A stretch of 64,000 nucleotides of DNA from a virus. Where the stretch lies: the IMG/VR virus record IMGVR_UViG_3300047476_000704, positions 96,001-160,000 of that record; one strand, written 5' to 3'. A model generated the notes under the pieces. The model was not told the DNA's origin. It worked only from the letters and a program-made list of their open reading frames with translations, and made no database searches. The stretch's first letter is position 1. Every line of letters begins with the position of its first letter. Shown here in pieces: positions 1 through 8,155 of the stretch. The position numbers were made by a program, and so were the translations under genes.

Positions 1-235
1 ATGCAATTTCACCCATTTGTGGATAAAGATAATCAGTACCATTACTTTCTACAAAGTGTAATTGTATCCTTTCATCATTTAACCTAAACAATAAATCGGC
101 AGGAATATCTTTTAATCTAGCCGTATCAAATATGATATGCCATTTTATATCTACACCATAATCCGTAAATATGGATTCTTTTACTTTATCTAAATTATTT
201 AATCTACTACAACGTGTTATTATATGATATATCAT
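1..235 (-). CDS. Putative GT-A glycosyltransferase, N-terminal part (runs off the left edge)
   Basis: My translation from ATG at 235 (TAATG overlap with the upstream stop): MIYHIITRCSRLNNLDKVKESIF...KWHIIFD, open to position 1. Resembles GT-A family N-termini. Confidence 0.5.
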   Translation of the reverse strand, partial: MIYHIITRCSRLNNLDKVKESIFTDYGVDIKWHIIFDTARLKDIPADLLFRLNDERIQLHFVESNGTDYLYPQMGEIA

Positions 236-1149
236 TATCTTAAACTAGCTTCAAATCTCCAATTATGCTCTTCCAACTCTTTAAAATCTTTTGTACTATC
301 GCAAAATGTGCAAAACTCTTCTCTCGGAAAAGTAAAACCATACTTGCAGGTTATAGCAGATTTTGTTTCATACCCACAACCTTTTATTTCTTCAACTACT
401 TTATCAAAGTTATCATCATATTGCCAATGGTCACAATGAACCATAATACCATTTTTTAACCAAGCTGATTTTAATTGTTTACCCAATGCTTCTGCTGCTA
501 TTTCAGCTTGTCCCCATTGTGTAGATGTTTTTAATTCAGTTGGATTGCCATCTTCATCATAAAATTCTTTTAGTGGTAATATACCCAAATCATAATATAC
601 TGAATTTTTACGAATATGTGGATTATTTGTGTAATCTCTTTCTTTTAAAAATACAAATTCATCAGTTACACTTTCAACATTTCTATCAGCAATCCAATAG
701 CCAAATCCAAATTGCCTATCATCGGTATCGTTTTGGTATTTTCTTAATTGTAGTTGCTCTATACCACCTTCTCCCATCATTTCCAATGAACGATTTAACC
801 AATCTTTATCAAATCCAGCAATATTTTGGGGTAAAGTAATCCAATCTCCTTCTAAAAATAAAGTATATTTGTAATCTCTACAATAATTATTTAATCGGTT
901 TATACCAGCTCCAACTCCCAAATTTATATTTGATTGAATTGGGATAATATCTACTTTATCTTTCCATTTAGTACGAAGATTATCACATACATTAAATATG
1001 GATTCACTTTGACCATTGATAAAGATAAACCATTTTACAAATGGAATATTAGTATTTTCTAAAAATGTATTTATTGTAAGCTCTAACTGTGTATCACGTT
1101 TTACACCATCATGTGTTAAAGTTGCTATACAAAAATGTAATTTATTCAT
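235..1149 (-). CDS. GT2/GT-A-like glycosyltransferase with Cys-rich C-terminus
   Basis: FCIATLTH...FIFING...NLGVGAGINRL...YTLFLEGDW matches GT-A topology with a DxD-like motif. Start moved to ATG 1149 (MNKLHF), just after the upstream stop at 1151. Confidence 0.65.
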   Translation of the reverse strand: MNKLHFCIATLTHDGVKRDTQLELTINTFLENTNIPFVKWFIFINGQSESIFNVCDNLRTKWKDKVDIIPIQSNINLGVGAGINRLNNYCRDYKYTLFLEGDWITLPQNIAGFDKDWLNRSLEMMGEGGIEQLQLRKYQNDTDDRQFGFGYWIADRNVESVTDEFVFLKERDYTNNPHIRKNSVYYDLGILPLKEFYDEDGNPTELKTSTQWGQAEIAAEALGKQLKSAWLKNGIMVHCDHWQYDDNFDKVVEEIKGCGYETKSAITCKYGFTFPREEFCTFCDSTKDFKELEEHNWRFEASLR

Positions 1150-1150
1150 A

Positions 1151-1744
1151 TTATTTATATGCTTCTCCACCAACCCAAAGAACTAAACTTCTTCTAACTC
1201 CTTTGGTTATTGGTGTTACTCTATGTAATGTAAATGATGGAAATAATATAGCTGAACCTTTTTTCTTTTCCATTGTTCTAAATTCACCACCATGCCATAA
1301 TTCAAAATCACCACCCTCATATTCATCTGGCGATGATAATTGGATAGTTATACTAATTTTACGATGACTTATTGAACCAGGTCCAATATCAGTATGCCAA
1401 CCATAATGCCCACCATTTGCATAATATTCAGTATATTGGATTGAATCTAAAATACTATGCAAATTAAATTTCCATATTGAATTATTTGCTTCTATTGATA
1501 AATCTCTAATTCTATCATATACCCATGCGGATTTTTCGTCGTGATAAATCCATTTTATATTAGATTTACGAATTTCTTCATTTGGATTGGATTCATCGCT
1601 AACAGTTGTAGCAGTTTGAAATGGATATAACTCCTTTAAGTTGTCAATCCATATCAACTCTTGCTCACTAAAACCATTATCAAACGAATAATAGTTTGTT
1701 TGATTTATTGAATCATCTATATTGTAAATGGGTGCAAATCTCAT
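1151..1744 (-). CDS. 2OG-Fe(II) oxygenase (PKHD/prolyl-hydroxylase-like)
   Basis: YGWHTD (HxD), YEGGDF, FPSFTLHRVTP (distal His), RRSLVLW (2OG-binding Arg). Confidence 0.9.
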   Translation of the reverse strand: MRFAPIYNIDDSINQTNYYSFDNGFSEQELIWIDNLKELYPFQTATTVSDESNPNEEIRKSNIKWIYHDEKSAWVYDRIRDLSIEANNSIWKFNLHSILDSIQYTEYYANGGHYGWHTDIGPGSISHRKISITIQLSSPDEYEGGDFELWHGGEFRTMEKKKGSAILFPSFTLHRVTPITKGVRRSLVLWVGGEAYK

Positions 1745-1754
1745 ATATTATATA

Positions 1755-2375
1755 TTATCTAAAAACACTACCACCAACCCAAAGAACTAAACTTTTGCGA
1801 ACTCCTTTTGTTACAGGTGTTATTCTATGCATTAAATAACTTGGAAACAATACTACTGCTCCTTTTTGACGAGGTGCCTTAATTGGTTCTGCTCCACCAG
1901 CCCAAATTTCCAAATCACCACCTTCATAATCGTTAGGGTCTGATAATTGGACTGTAATACTAATTTTACGATGATTTAACGGATAAGCCCCAACATCCAA
2001 ATGCCAATCATATCCACCTTCTTCCTCACCATTATATTCCGTATATTGAATAGCATCTTTCCAATGTGATAAATCAAATCTCCAATAATTAAAATTTGCT
2101 TCTAATGCCATATGCATCATTTTATCATACATCCACTCTGTTTTATCAGCTTCAGGTGGCATCCATTTAATATTTGATTTACGAATTGAGTTTTCTGATT
2201 TTTCTCCATCGTTTTCTTCAATCTCACTTTGTGTAAGTGCTTCTTGAAATTCATACAATTTTGAAAGACGTAATACATTACGAATTTCTACATTACTAAA
2301 TCCTTTTTCAAACCAGTAATAATCTACCTGATTCAATTCACGATTTATTGGAAAGGTTGGGTAAAGTTCTAACAT
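1755..2375 (-). CDS. 2OG-Fe(II) oxygenase, tandem paralog
   Basis: YDWHLD, YEGGDL, FPSYLMHRITP, RKSLVLW; collinear with 1151..1744. Confidence 0.9.
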   Translation of the reverse strand: MLELYPTFPINRELNQVDYYWFEKGFSNVEIRNVLRLSKLYEFQEALTQSEIEENDGEKSENSIRKSNIKWMPPEADKTEWMYDKMMHMALEANFNYWRFDLSHWKDAIQYTEYNGEEEGGYDWHLDVGAYPLNHRKISITVQLSDPNDYEGGDLEIWAGGAEPIKAPRQKGAVVLFPSYLMHRITPVTKGVRKSLVLWVGGSVFR

Positions 2376-2380
2376 AATAA

Positions 2381-3202
2381 TTATATTTTATATTTAAAGT
2401 AATCGTAAAACCATTTATAGTTATCAACTATATATTGGCAAGTGTAATCCCCCAAAACTTCTTTAAAATCTTCTTTTGGTGGAGTAAATGTACTTCGTAT
2501 AGTGTGGTCTGCATATGAACCACCCAATTGGTCATTTTCGTATGTTAATTGCTGTATGTTATTAAAGTCGTGTTCGTAGTAAGGTATTTCCAAATAGTCA
2601 TATAACTCTTCCATAGTTTCCATTGGAAATTTACAAAACTCCTCAAACTTTATAAAATGAATATGCTTATCATTTTTTTGTAAAATACAATCCCAAAGAT
2701 TTTCCAAAGGTATATTAAGCATTGGTTGTTGAACCATATGTTGTAACCTAGTTACTGTTGAATTACCAATTGGATTATAATAATCGGTAACATTAAAATC
2801 TTTTAAAGGATTATTTCTATATCGTTTTTCCATTGAAGAAAAAATACTTCTTAAATCCCTAACCATAACAACTATTTTTGGATTTGGGTCATATGAATTT
2901 ACAAAATTATATTCACCAATCCATCCTCTAAATTTATCTATTGCGTATGGTTTATCTGTTAAACTACCATAATATGAATTTATTCCATTTTTTAAAAAAG
3001 AACTAAATGCTGGTAGTAATTCTGTTTGATTTTGTGCTTGAAAATGTATATGATTTGTAAATATTCTGCGAGTTTCCAATAACATAGTAAACATGCCCGA
3101 TGTGGGAGATGGATATATATCTGGATTCTGTCCTAGTATATTTTGTAATAAAGTAGAACCACTCCTTGGAAAGGATGCATTATAAAACACTCTTTTAATC
3201 AT
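2381..3202 (-). CDS. PAPS-dependent sulfotransferase
   Basis: 5'-PSB loop FPRSGSTLL and 3'-PB motif VMVRDLRSIFSS. Confidence 0.85.
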   Translation of the reverse strand: MIKRVFYNASFPRSGSTLLQNILGQNPDIYPSPTSGMFTMLLETRRIFTNHIHFQAQNQTELLPAFSSFLKNGINSYYGSLTDKPYAIDKFRGWIGEYNFVNSYDPNPKIVVMVRDLRSIFSSMEKRYRNNPLKDFNVTDYYNPIGNSTVTRLQHMVQQPMLNIPLENLWDCILQKNDKHIHFIKFEEFCKFPMETMEELYDYLEIPYYEHDFNNIQQLTYENDQLGGSYADHTIRSTFTPPKEDFKEVLGDYTCQYIVDNYKWFYDYFKYKI

Positions 3203-3224
3203 AATTTATTTGATATATTATTTA

Positions 3225-3256
3225 CAAATATACCACATTTTTATGTAATAACCAAA
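3225..3256 (-). promoter_or_regulatory. Bacteroidota-type sigma70 promoter upstream of the sulfotransferase
   Basis: Minus strand TTTG-N20-TATATTTG, an exact fit to the -33 TTTG / -7 TAnnTTTG consensus. Confidence 0.65.
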
Positions 3257-3270
3257 TTATTTAAGTATTA

Positions 3271-3696
3271 TTATTCAGTTGGTGGTGTATAATCCGGTTC
3301 TTCCCATACCCATTCTAACCTCGACTCAGCCCATACCCAACAATCACGTCCGCCAACAGGTGTTTCAGGCTTTGCATATTCGGGTTTTAATTTCCATTTA
3401 TAATCCGTTGTATCTAAATAATGAGATGGAATCTCTGGATTTGCATATGTAGGTTCTGGTGCATAAAATGCATCTGCTTCATAATCATAATTACCACCTA
3501 CCCAAGCATAATTGTATCTTAAAGCAACTCCACCATCTGGCAATCCATCTTGTCCATAGTGTACACCACCATGTGTATTATATGATGTTTGTATCCACAA
3601 AGCAGGGTCACCAACTGCACCAGAATCTATAAAATCTTGCTCTGCTACAATTATTTCCGTTACTATACCATCTACTACTTTTGCAAAATGTGCCAT
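3271..3696 (-). CDS. Conserved phage protein accompanying a Gly-rich adhesin (possible fibre assembly factor)
   Basis: MAHFAKV...WIQTSYNTHGG...LRYNYA...YD...DAFYAP pattern, which I recognise next to Gly-rich phage proteins; function is inferred. Confidence 0.5.
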   Translation of the reverse strand: MAHFAKVVDGIVTEIIVAEQDFIDSGAVGDPALWIQTSYNTHGGVHYGQDGLPDGGVALRYNYAWVGGNYDYEADAFYAPEPTYANPEIPSHYLDTTDYKWKLKPEYAKPETPVGGRDCWVWAESRLEWVWEEPDYTPPTE

Positions 3697-3721
3697 ATTA
3701 TATCCTAAACTTTACTATCTA

Positions 3722-4681
3722 TTAAGTCCATCTAATAACAACTCTACCGCTACCACCGGCACCGGCTGGATTTCCACCACCAGTCCAAGCATTTGTTGGT
3801 CCACCGCCTCCGCCGCCGCCGTTATTTGTACCACCCGCTTGTGCATTATTACCCGCTGGGTTATTTCCGTTTGCACCACGGCCGCCACCACCTGGTCCAC
3901 CATATCCGGAGTTGGTGTTGTTAAATCCACCACCTCCGCCTCCGCCGCCGGATGAATATCCAGTTGGGCCGCCGTATGGAAAATAAGGTCCACCACTACC
4001 ACCGGGTCCTCCACCATCTCCTTGTCTTGCATTTCCAGCTGAACCACGTCCTCCTCCACCGGAAGAACCTTCTCCACCGTATCCACCAGGTCCACCAGGA
4101 TTACCCTGCGAACCATTACCAGCTGCCCCACCATATGGTGCTCTACAGCCACCGCCACCTGAACCGCCGTTTCCAGCTGGCTCAAAAAGACCAGCGCCTG
4201 CTCCACCGCCAGTTGCTCCAACATTACCAAATGCTGAACCTTGTCCATTTGCGCCACGACCAGTTCCACCTGAACCTCCACCTCCGCCACCAACGGTAAC
4301 ACCTACTGGAGATGCTGCGTAATATGTAGTTTCAACTACACCACCTGCACCTCCTCCTCCACCTCCAGATGGATTTGAACCCCATCCACCTCCGCCACCA
4401 CCGGCTACCACTAATATACCAAAAGTTTTTCCACCACCAGTTAATAATGTACCACTACTATTCCATTCTGCAAAGTTATGTCCACCTGAATTGTATGTAT
4501 ATGCACCTTGTGCTTGAGCAAAGAACGATGAGTATCCCCAAAACTCACTCATTGAGTCAGGAGTCGTTGTTTTACCTGCTTGCTGCGATAAAGTATGTAA
4601 AGAACTATTTGCCGTAGTTGCTCCACGTCCTAGTTCTACATTTATTTGTGATATTGATATTGTTCCCGATGGTAATGCCAT
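3722..4681 (-). CDS. Glycine-rich fibre adhesin-like protein
   Basis: N-terminal MALPSGTISISQINVELG...SMSEFWG module, then LVVAGGGGGG...GGSGRVVIRW polyglycine domain; architecture like T-even gp38 adhesins. Confidence 0.65.
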   Translation of the reverse strand: MALPSGTISISQINVELGRGATTANSSLHTLSQQAGKTTTPDSMSEFWGYSSFFAQAQGAYTYNSGGHNFAEWNSSGTLLTGGGKTFGILVVAGGGGGGWGSNPSGGGGGGAGGVVETTYYAASPVGVTVGGGGGGSGGTGRGANGQGSAFGNVGATGGGAGAGLFEPAGNGGSGGGGCRAPYGGAAGNGSQGNPGGPGGYGGEGSSGGGGRGSAGNARQGDGGGPGGSGGPYFPYGGPTGYSSGGGGGGGGFNNTNSGYGGPGGGGRGANGNNPAGNNAQAGGTNNGGGGGGGPTNAWTGGGNPAGAGGSGRVVIRWT

Positions 4682-4701
4682 AATCTAATTACTTTATTTA
4701 A

Positions 4702-5130
4702 CTATAAATATAAAACTTTTTTAATTTCTCTAAATGTTTCACGTGGTTCACCATCTGTACATATTGAAATGAAGTCTTCCAATGGTTCTTCATAATCAGT
4801 AACAAAGTATGATTCTCTACCTCGTTTTTGTTTAGTGTAAAGATATATCTCCTTTACTTTACAATCACGTTTTAACTCCTCTCTTAACTCTCTATATGGT
4901 GCTACCATAGATATGATAACACTATGATTTTCAGAGTCTAAATAACGAGCTACATCAAATGCCTTTTGGATATTTCGTAATCTACCTTCTTTTGTATAAT
5001 CGGTATTTGGAAATATCGTTCTCATCTTATCACCATCTATGTGAAACATATGGTTTCCAAGATATTTTTTTAACATTCCAGCCATTGTAGTCTTTCCACT
5101 TCCCGGCTGTCCTATGAACAAATAAATCAT
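4702..5130 (-). CDS. cysC: Adenylylsulfate (APS) kinase
   Basis: P-loop GQPGSGKTT, IDGDKMR, ISMVAPYRELRE, YEEP. Confidence 0.85.
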   Translation of the reverse strand: MIYLFIGQPGSGKTTMAGMLKKYLGNHMFHIDGDKMRTIFPNTDYTKEGRLRNIQKAFDVARYLDSENHSVIISMVAPYRELREELKRDCKVKEIYLYTKQKRGRESYFVTDYEEPLEDFISICTDGEPRETFREIKKVLYL

Positions 5131-5155
5131 AACTCTATAATTTTAATAATAAACA

Positions 5156-5187
5156 TAAAGTTACGATTTATTCTCCATTTTTCCAAA
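5156..5187 (-). promoter_or_regulatory. Bacteroidota-type promoter variant upstream of APS kinase
   Basis: Minus strand TTTG-N20-TAACTTTA (one mismatch to TAnnTTTG; the same variant occurs in the early-island promoters). Confidence 0.5.
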
Positions 5188-5191
5188 TTAT

Positions 5192-6091
5192 TTAAGATTT
5201 TAATGAGTCAATTTCAGCTTTTAATTCTTTAATTGCCTCTATAATCAATGGTATAATTTTTTCGTATTTAACAGTTAAATAATTTTCACCAGTCTTTGAT
5301 ACAATTTCACCACTTTCTAATACTAGTCTATCTATTGGTGCTAATACTACTACCTCTGGTAATACCGATTGAACCTCTTGTGCTGATACTCCGACTTGTG
5401 ATTCATTTGTTGTATAACCCAAAGATTTAGCCACATCACTATTTGTATAATGGAAACCATTTAATTGTTGTACTTTTGATAATGCGTTTTCAATATTACC
5501 AATTCTTACTTTCAATCTATCATCGGATGAATATGCGGTAATGTCACCAGTTGCTGTAATAGCACCTTGTACTGCTATACCACCAGTGAATGTACCACCA
5601 CCAAATGGGTTTCCAGTTGGTCCCGTAGGTCCAGTTGGGCCCGTAGGTCCAGTTGGTCCAGTTGGTCCTTGTCTACCTTGAAAGCCTTGTGCCCCAACTG
5701 CTCCCTGTGGTCCAGTTGCACCCGTTGGTCCTTGGTTACCTTGAAAACCTTGTGCCCCAACTGCTCCCTGTGGTCCGGTAGGTCCCTGTGCACCCTGTGG
5801 TCCATTTGCACCATTAGAACCAGTTGCTCCCGATGTACCTGATGTTGCTGCGGTGTATGATGTTCCGTTTATAGTTAAGTTACCAACTACACCAATTGAA
5901 CCACTAACCTCCAAAGAACCAGTAATTGTTTGATTTGCTATAAAATTATTTGAACCAGTTGTTGCAATTGTAACATCGCCAGCATCTAAACCAACTTGCA
6001 ATGTTTGTAATGTTGTATTTACAAACGGCTCTCCGTATGCCAACGAACCTGATTTTTGTGCGGTTGTCCCACGTCTAAATTTAAGTGCCAT
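5192..6091 (-). CDS. Collagen-like tail fibre with C-terminal peptidase S74 intramolecular chaperone
   Basis: N-terminal LKFRRGT...GEPFVNT, GPT/GPQ triplets, then SDDRLK...GVSAQEV...[17 protein letters not shown]. Confidence 0.85.
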   Translation of the reverse strand: MALKFRRGTTAQKSGSLAYGEPFVNTTLQTLQVGLDAGDVTIATTGSNNFIANQTITGSLEVSGSIGVVGNLTINGTSYTAATSGTSGATGSNGANGPQGAQGPTGPQGAVGAQGFQGNQGPTGATGPQGAVGAQGFQGRQGPTGPTGPTGPTGPTGPTGNPFGGGTFTGGIAVQGAITATGDITAYSSDDRLKVRIGNIENALSKVQQLNGFHYTNSDVAKSLGYTTNESQVGVSAQEVQSVLPEVVVLAPIDRLVLESGEIVSKTGENYLTVKYEKIIPLIIEAIKELKAEIDSLKS

Positions 6092-6144
6092 CTAGTTTAC
6101 CTTTCTTTTAGTATGTATGTGTATAAATATAATCTTTTTATTTA

Positions 6145-7371
6145 TTAAATGTTAAAATCCAAATCTCCACTATTATTTATATATTTAGCAAGATGCATAT
6201 AGTTAGATGTAATACTACCAGTTGTTACATTCATCGTATTTGCACTCATAGATAAATAAGTTGTACTTGCAATTATTACTTGCATTGAATTTGTTTGTGC
6301 AACTATTTGAGTGTTTGATGTTAAGTCTTCCACAAACGCAACCGTACCCGCTACCGATGGTTCTAAATTAAAATCAAATGTATTATTGCCACCAGATGAT
6401 GCACTTATAATTCTAGAACTTAATGATGAACTAAAATCTGTTAAGTTACCAACGCCATTAAATGTGGATGCTGATATTGCACCAGATACATATACACTAC
6501 CAGTTATGTTTAAGTTTGAACCATCAAATGATAAATTACTTTCAACCGTTACATTTGGAGATGAACCATTTAATGTAACCAATCCATTATCAGTTGTACC
6601 GGATACTGAAAGTGCCCCAGTAGCTCCTTGGTTTCCTTGCGGGCCTTGGTTTCCTTGCGTCCCATTAGAACCATTTGCTCCTTGGTTTCCTTGCGGTCCC
6701 TGTCTACCTTGAAACCCTTGAGTTCCTTGCGTACCTTGATTACCCTGCGGGCCTTGGTTACCTTGTGTACCATTAGAACCATTAGCTCCTTGATTACCTT
6801 GTGGTCCTTGATTACCCTGCGTACCCTGATTTCCTTGTGGTCCTTGGTTACCTTGGAAACCTTGAGTTCCTTGTGTACCTTGGTTTCCTTGCGGTCCTTG
6901 ATTTCCTTGTGTACCTTGAAAACCTTGCGTACCTTGTGTACCTTGATTCCCCTGCGGTCCCTGTCTACCTTGTGCACCAGATGTACCAGATGTTGCTGCT
7001 GAATACGATGTACCATTTATAACCAAAGAACCAGTTAATTGTAAAGAACCAGTTACACCCATAATATCATCCATAGAATCACCAAATTTTGATGAACCCG
7101 ATTGATATAAAACCGATGATGAAATTACATTTATATTAAATTGCTTCGCATTTACCGCACCCAATACAGTTAAATCACCAGTCAATGATATTGAACCAGT
7201 TGTAACGGAATCCGTTGTTACTAATGTTTGTATGGACTCTACCGAACCTGATTTTTTTAAGAATACTTTACCATCGTAAGTATTTACAGCTAACTCACCA
7301 AGATTTAATGATGAAGTTGTAGGAGTTTTACCACTCTGCGAAGAGCGTTTTAGTATAATAGATTGAGCCAT
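6145..7371 (-). CDS. Collagen-like fibre protein
   Basis: IILKRS...GELAVNTYDGK N-terminal module and about 33 Gly-X-Y triplets (GPQGNQGTQ). Confidence 0.8.
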   Translation of the reverse strand: MAQSIILKRSSQSGKTPTTSSLNLGELAVNTYDGKVFLKKSGSVESIQTLVTTDSVTTGSISLTGDLTVLGAVNAKQFNINVISSSVLYQSGSSKFGDSMDDIMGVTGSLQLTGSLVINGTSYSAATSGTSGAQGRQGPQGNQGTQGTQGFQGTQGNQGPQGNQGTQGTQGFQGNQGPQGNQGTQGNQGPQGNQGANGSNGTQGNQGPQGNQGTQGTQGFQGRQGPQGNQGANGSNGTQGNQGPQGNQGATGALSVSGTTDNGLVTLNGSSPNVTVESNLSFDGSNLNITGSVYVSGAISASTFNGVGNLTDFSSSLSSRIISASSGGNNTFDFNLEPSVAGTVAFVEDLTSNTQIVAQTNSMQVIIASTTYLSMSANTMNVTTGSITSNYMHLAKYINNSGDLDFNI

Positions 7372-7400
7372 ATATAGGTTCTTTGGGTGCTTATATAAAC

Positions 7401-7427
7401 AAAAAAAGGAGTAGTATATACTACCCC
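7401..7427 (-). terminator. Intrinsic terminator
   Basis: GGGGTAGT-ATAT-ACTACTCC followed by T7, downstream of the stop at 7461. Confidence 0.7.
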
Positions 7428-7460
7428 TATAAATATAAGTTTTTTAATAAAAGATTATTT

Positions 7461-8093
7461 TTAGAACTCTCCAGCATCTGAACCAGCTTCTACTGCCGCT
7501 AATCTACTTGCCACCGAGCCAGAAAATGCTAATACATCACCAATTCCATAAAGAGAACCACTAAATCCATTTGTTATTGATATTTCTGCAAACTTTGTAC
7601 CATCGTACTTTATATCAATCGCAGTTGGTGTTGGTGTGATATTGTGAATATGAGAACCACTATTTTCTAAATATCCAACATACCCAGCAGTTGGGTCTGT
7701 ATTAAAATCATAGTTGTTAGCTGCCGATACTACAACATTTGTTAATCTACTACCATCTCCTACAAAGTAGGAAGCGGTAACCGAACCTCCAAAATCAATA
7801 TCACCTAAACCAACAACATCACCATTTACAAATATACTACCAGTTACATCCAAATCTTGCTTCACAACAAGTTCATCAAATGAACCAGTACCCAATACCG
7901 TAATATTACCAACAGTTTCACTATTAGTAGTTACTAATTGTTCAATACTTTCAGACGAACCCGATTTATGGATGTACGCTTTACCATCGTAAGTGTTTAA
8001 TCCAATCTCACCAACAAATAATGAAGATGTAGTTGGTACACTTCCTGATGTATTCGAACGTCTTTGTAGTATTTTTTGATTTGGTACAGCCAT
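7461..8093 (-). CDS. Short fibre-family structural protein, paralog of 6145..7371
   Basis: Shared N-terminal module (PTTSSL..GE...NTYDGK..KSGS.ESI..LVTT.S); ends SDAGEF. Confidence 0.65.
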   Translation of the reverse strand: MAVPNQKILQRRSNTSGSVPTTSSLFVGEIGLNTYDGKAYIHKSGSSESIEQLVTTNSETVGNITVLGTGSFDELVVKQDLDVTGSIFVNGDVVGLGDIDFGGSVTASYFVGDGSRLTNVVVSAANNYDFNTDPTAGYVGYLENSGSHIHNITPTPTAIDIKYDGTKFAEISITNGFSGSLYGIGDVLAFSGSVASRLAAVEAGSDAGEF

Positions 8094-8130
8094 TTTAATT
8101 GATGTTTTTCGTGTCTATATAGTTTATCAA

Positions 8131-8150
8131 ATTAGCCCCGAAGGGCTAAT
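8131..8150 (-). terminator. UUCG hairpin, probable terminator or processing stem
   Basis: ATTAGCCC-TTCG-GGGCTAAT immediately after the stop at 8156; the U-tract is weak. Confidence 0.6.
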
Positions 8151-8155
8151 CGTTA

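Noticed and set aside
3715-4302. 195-aa alternative-frame ORF (V/E/Q-rich) and plus-strand ORFs over the Gly-rich gene
   Set aside because: Shadow frames of GGN codon runs, fully overlapping a convincing gene.
4702-5130. cysC as a host sulfur-assimilation auxiliary metabolic gene
   Set aside because: No reductase or cysteine-synthesis genes nearby; the linked sulfotransferase explains PAPS demand more simply.
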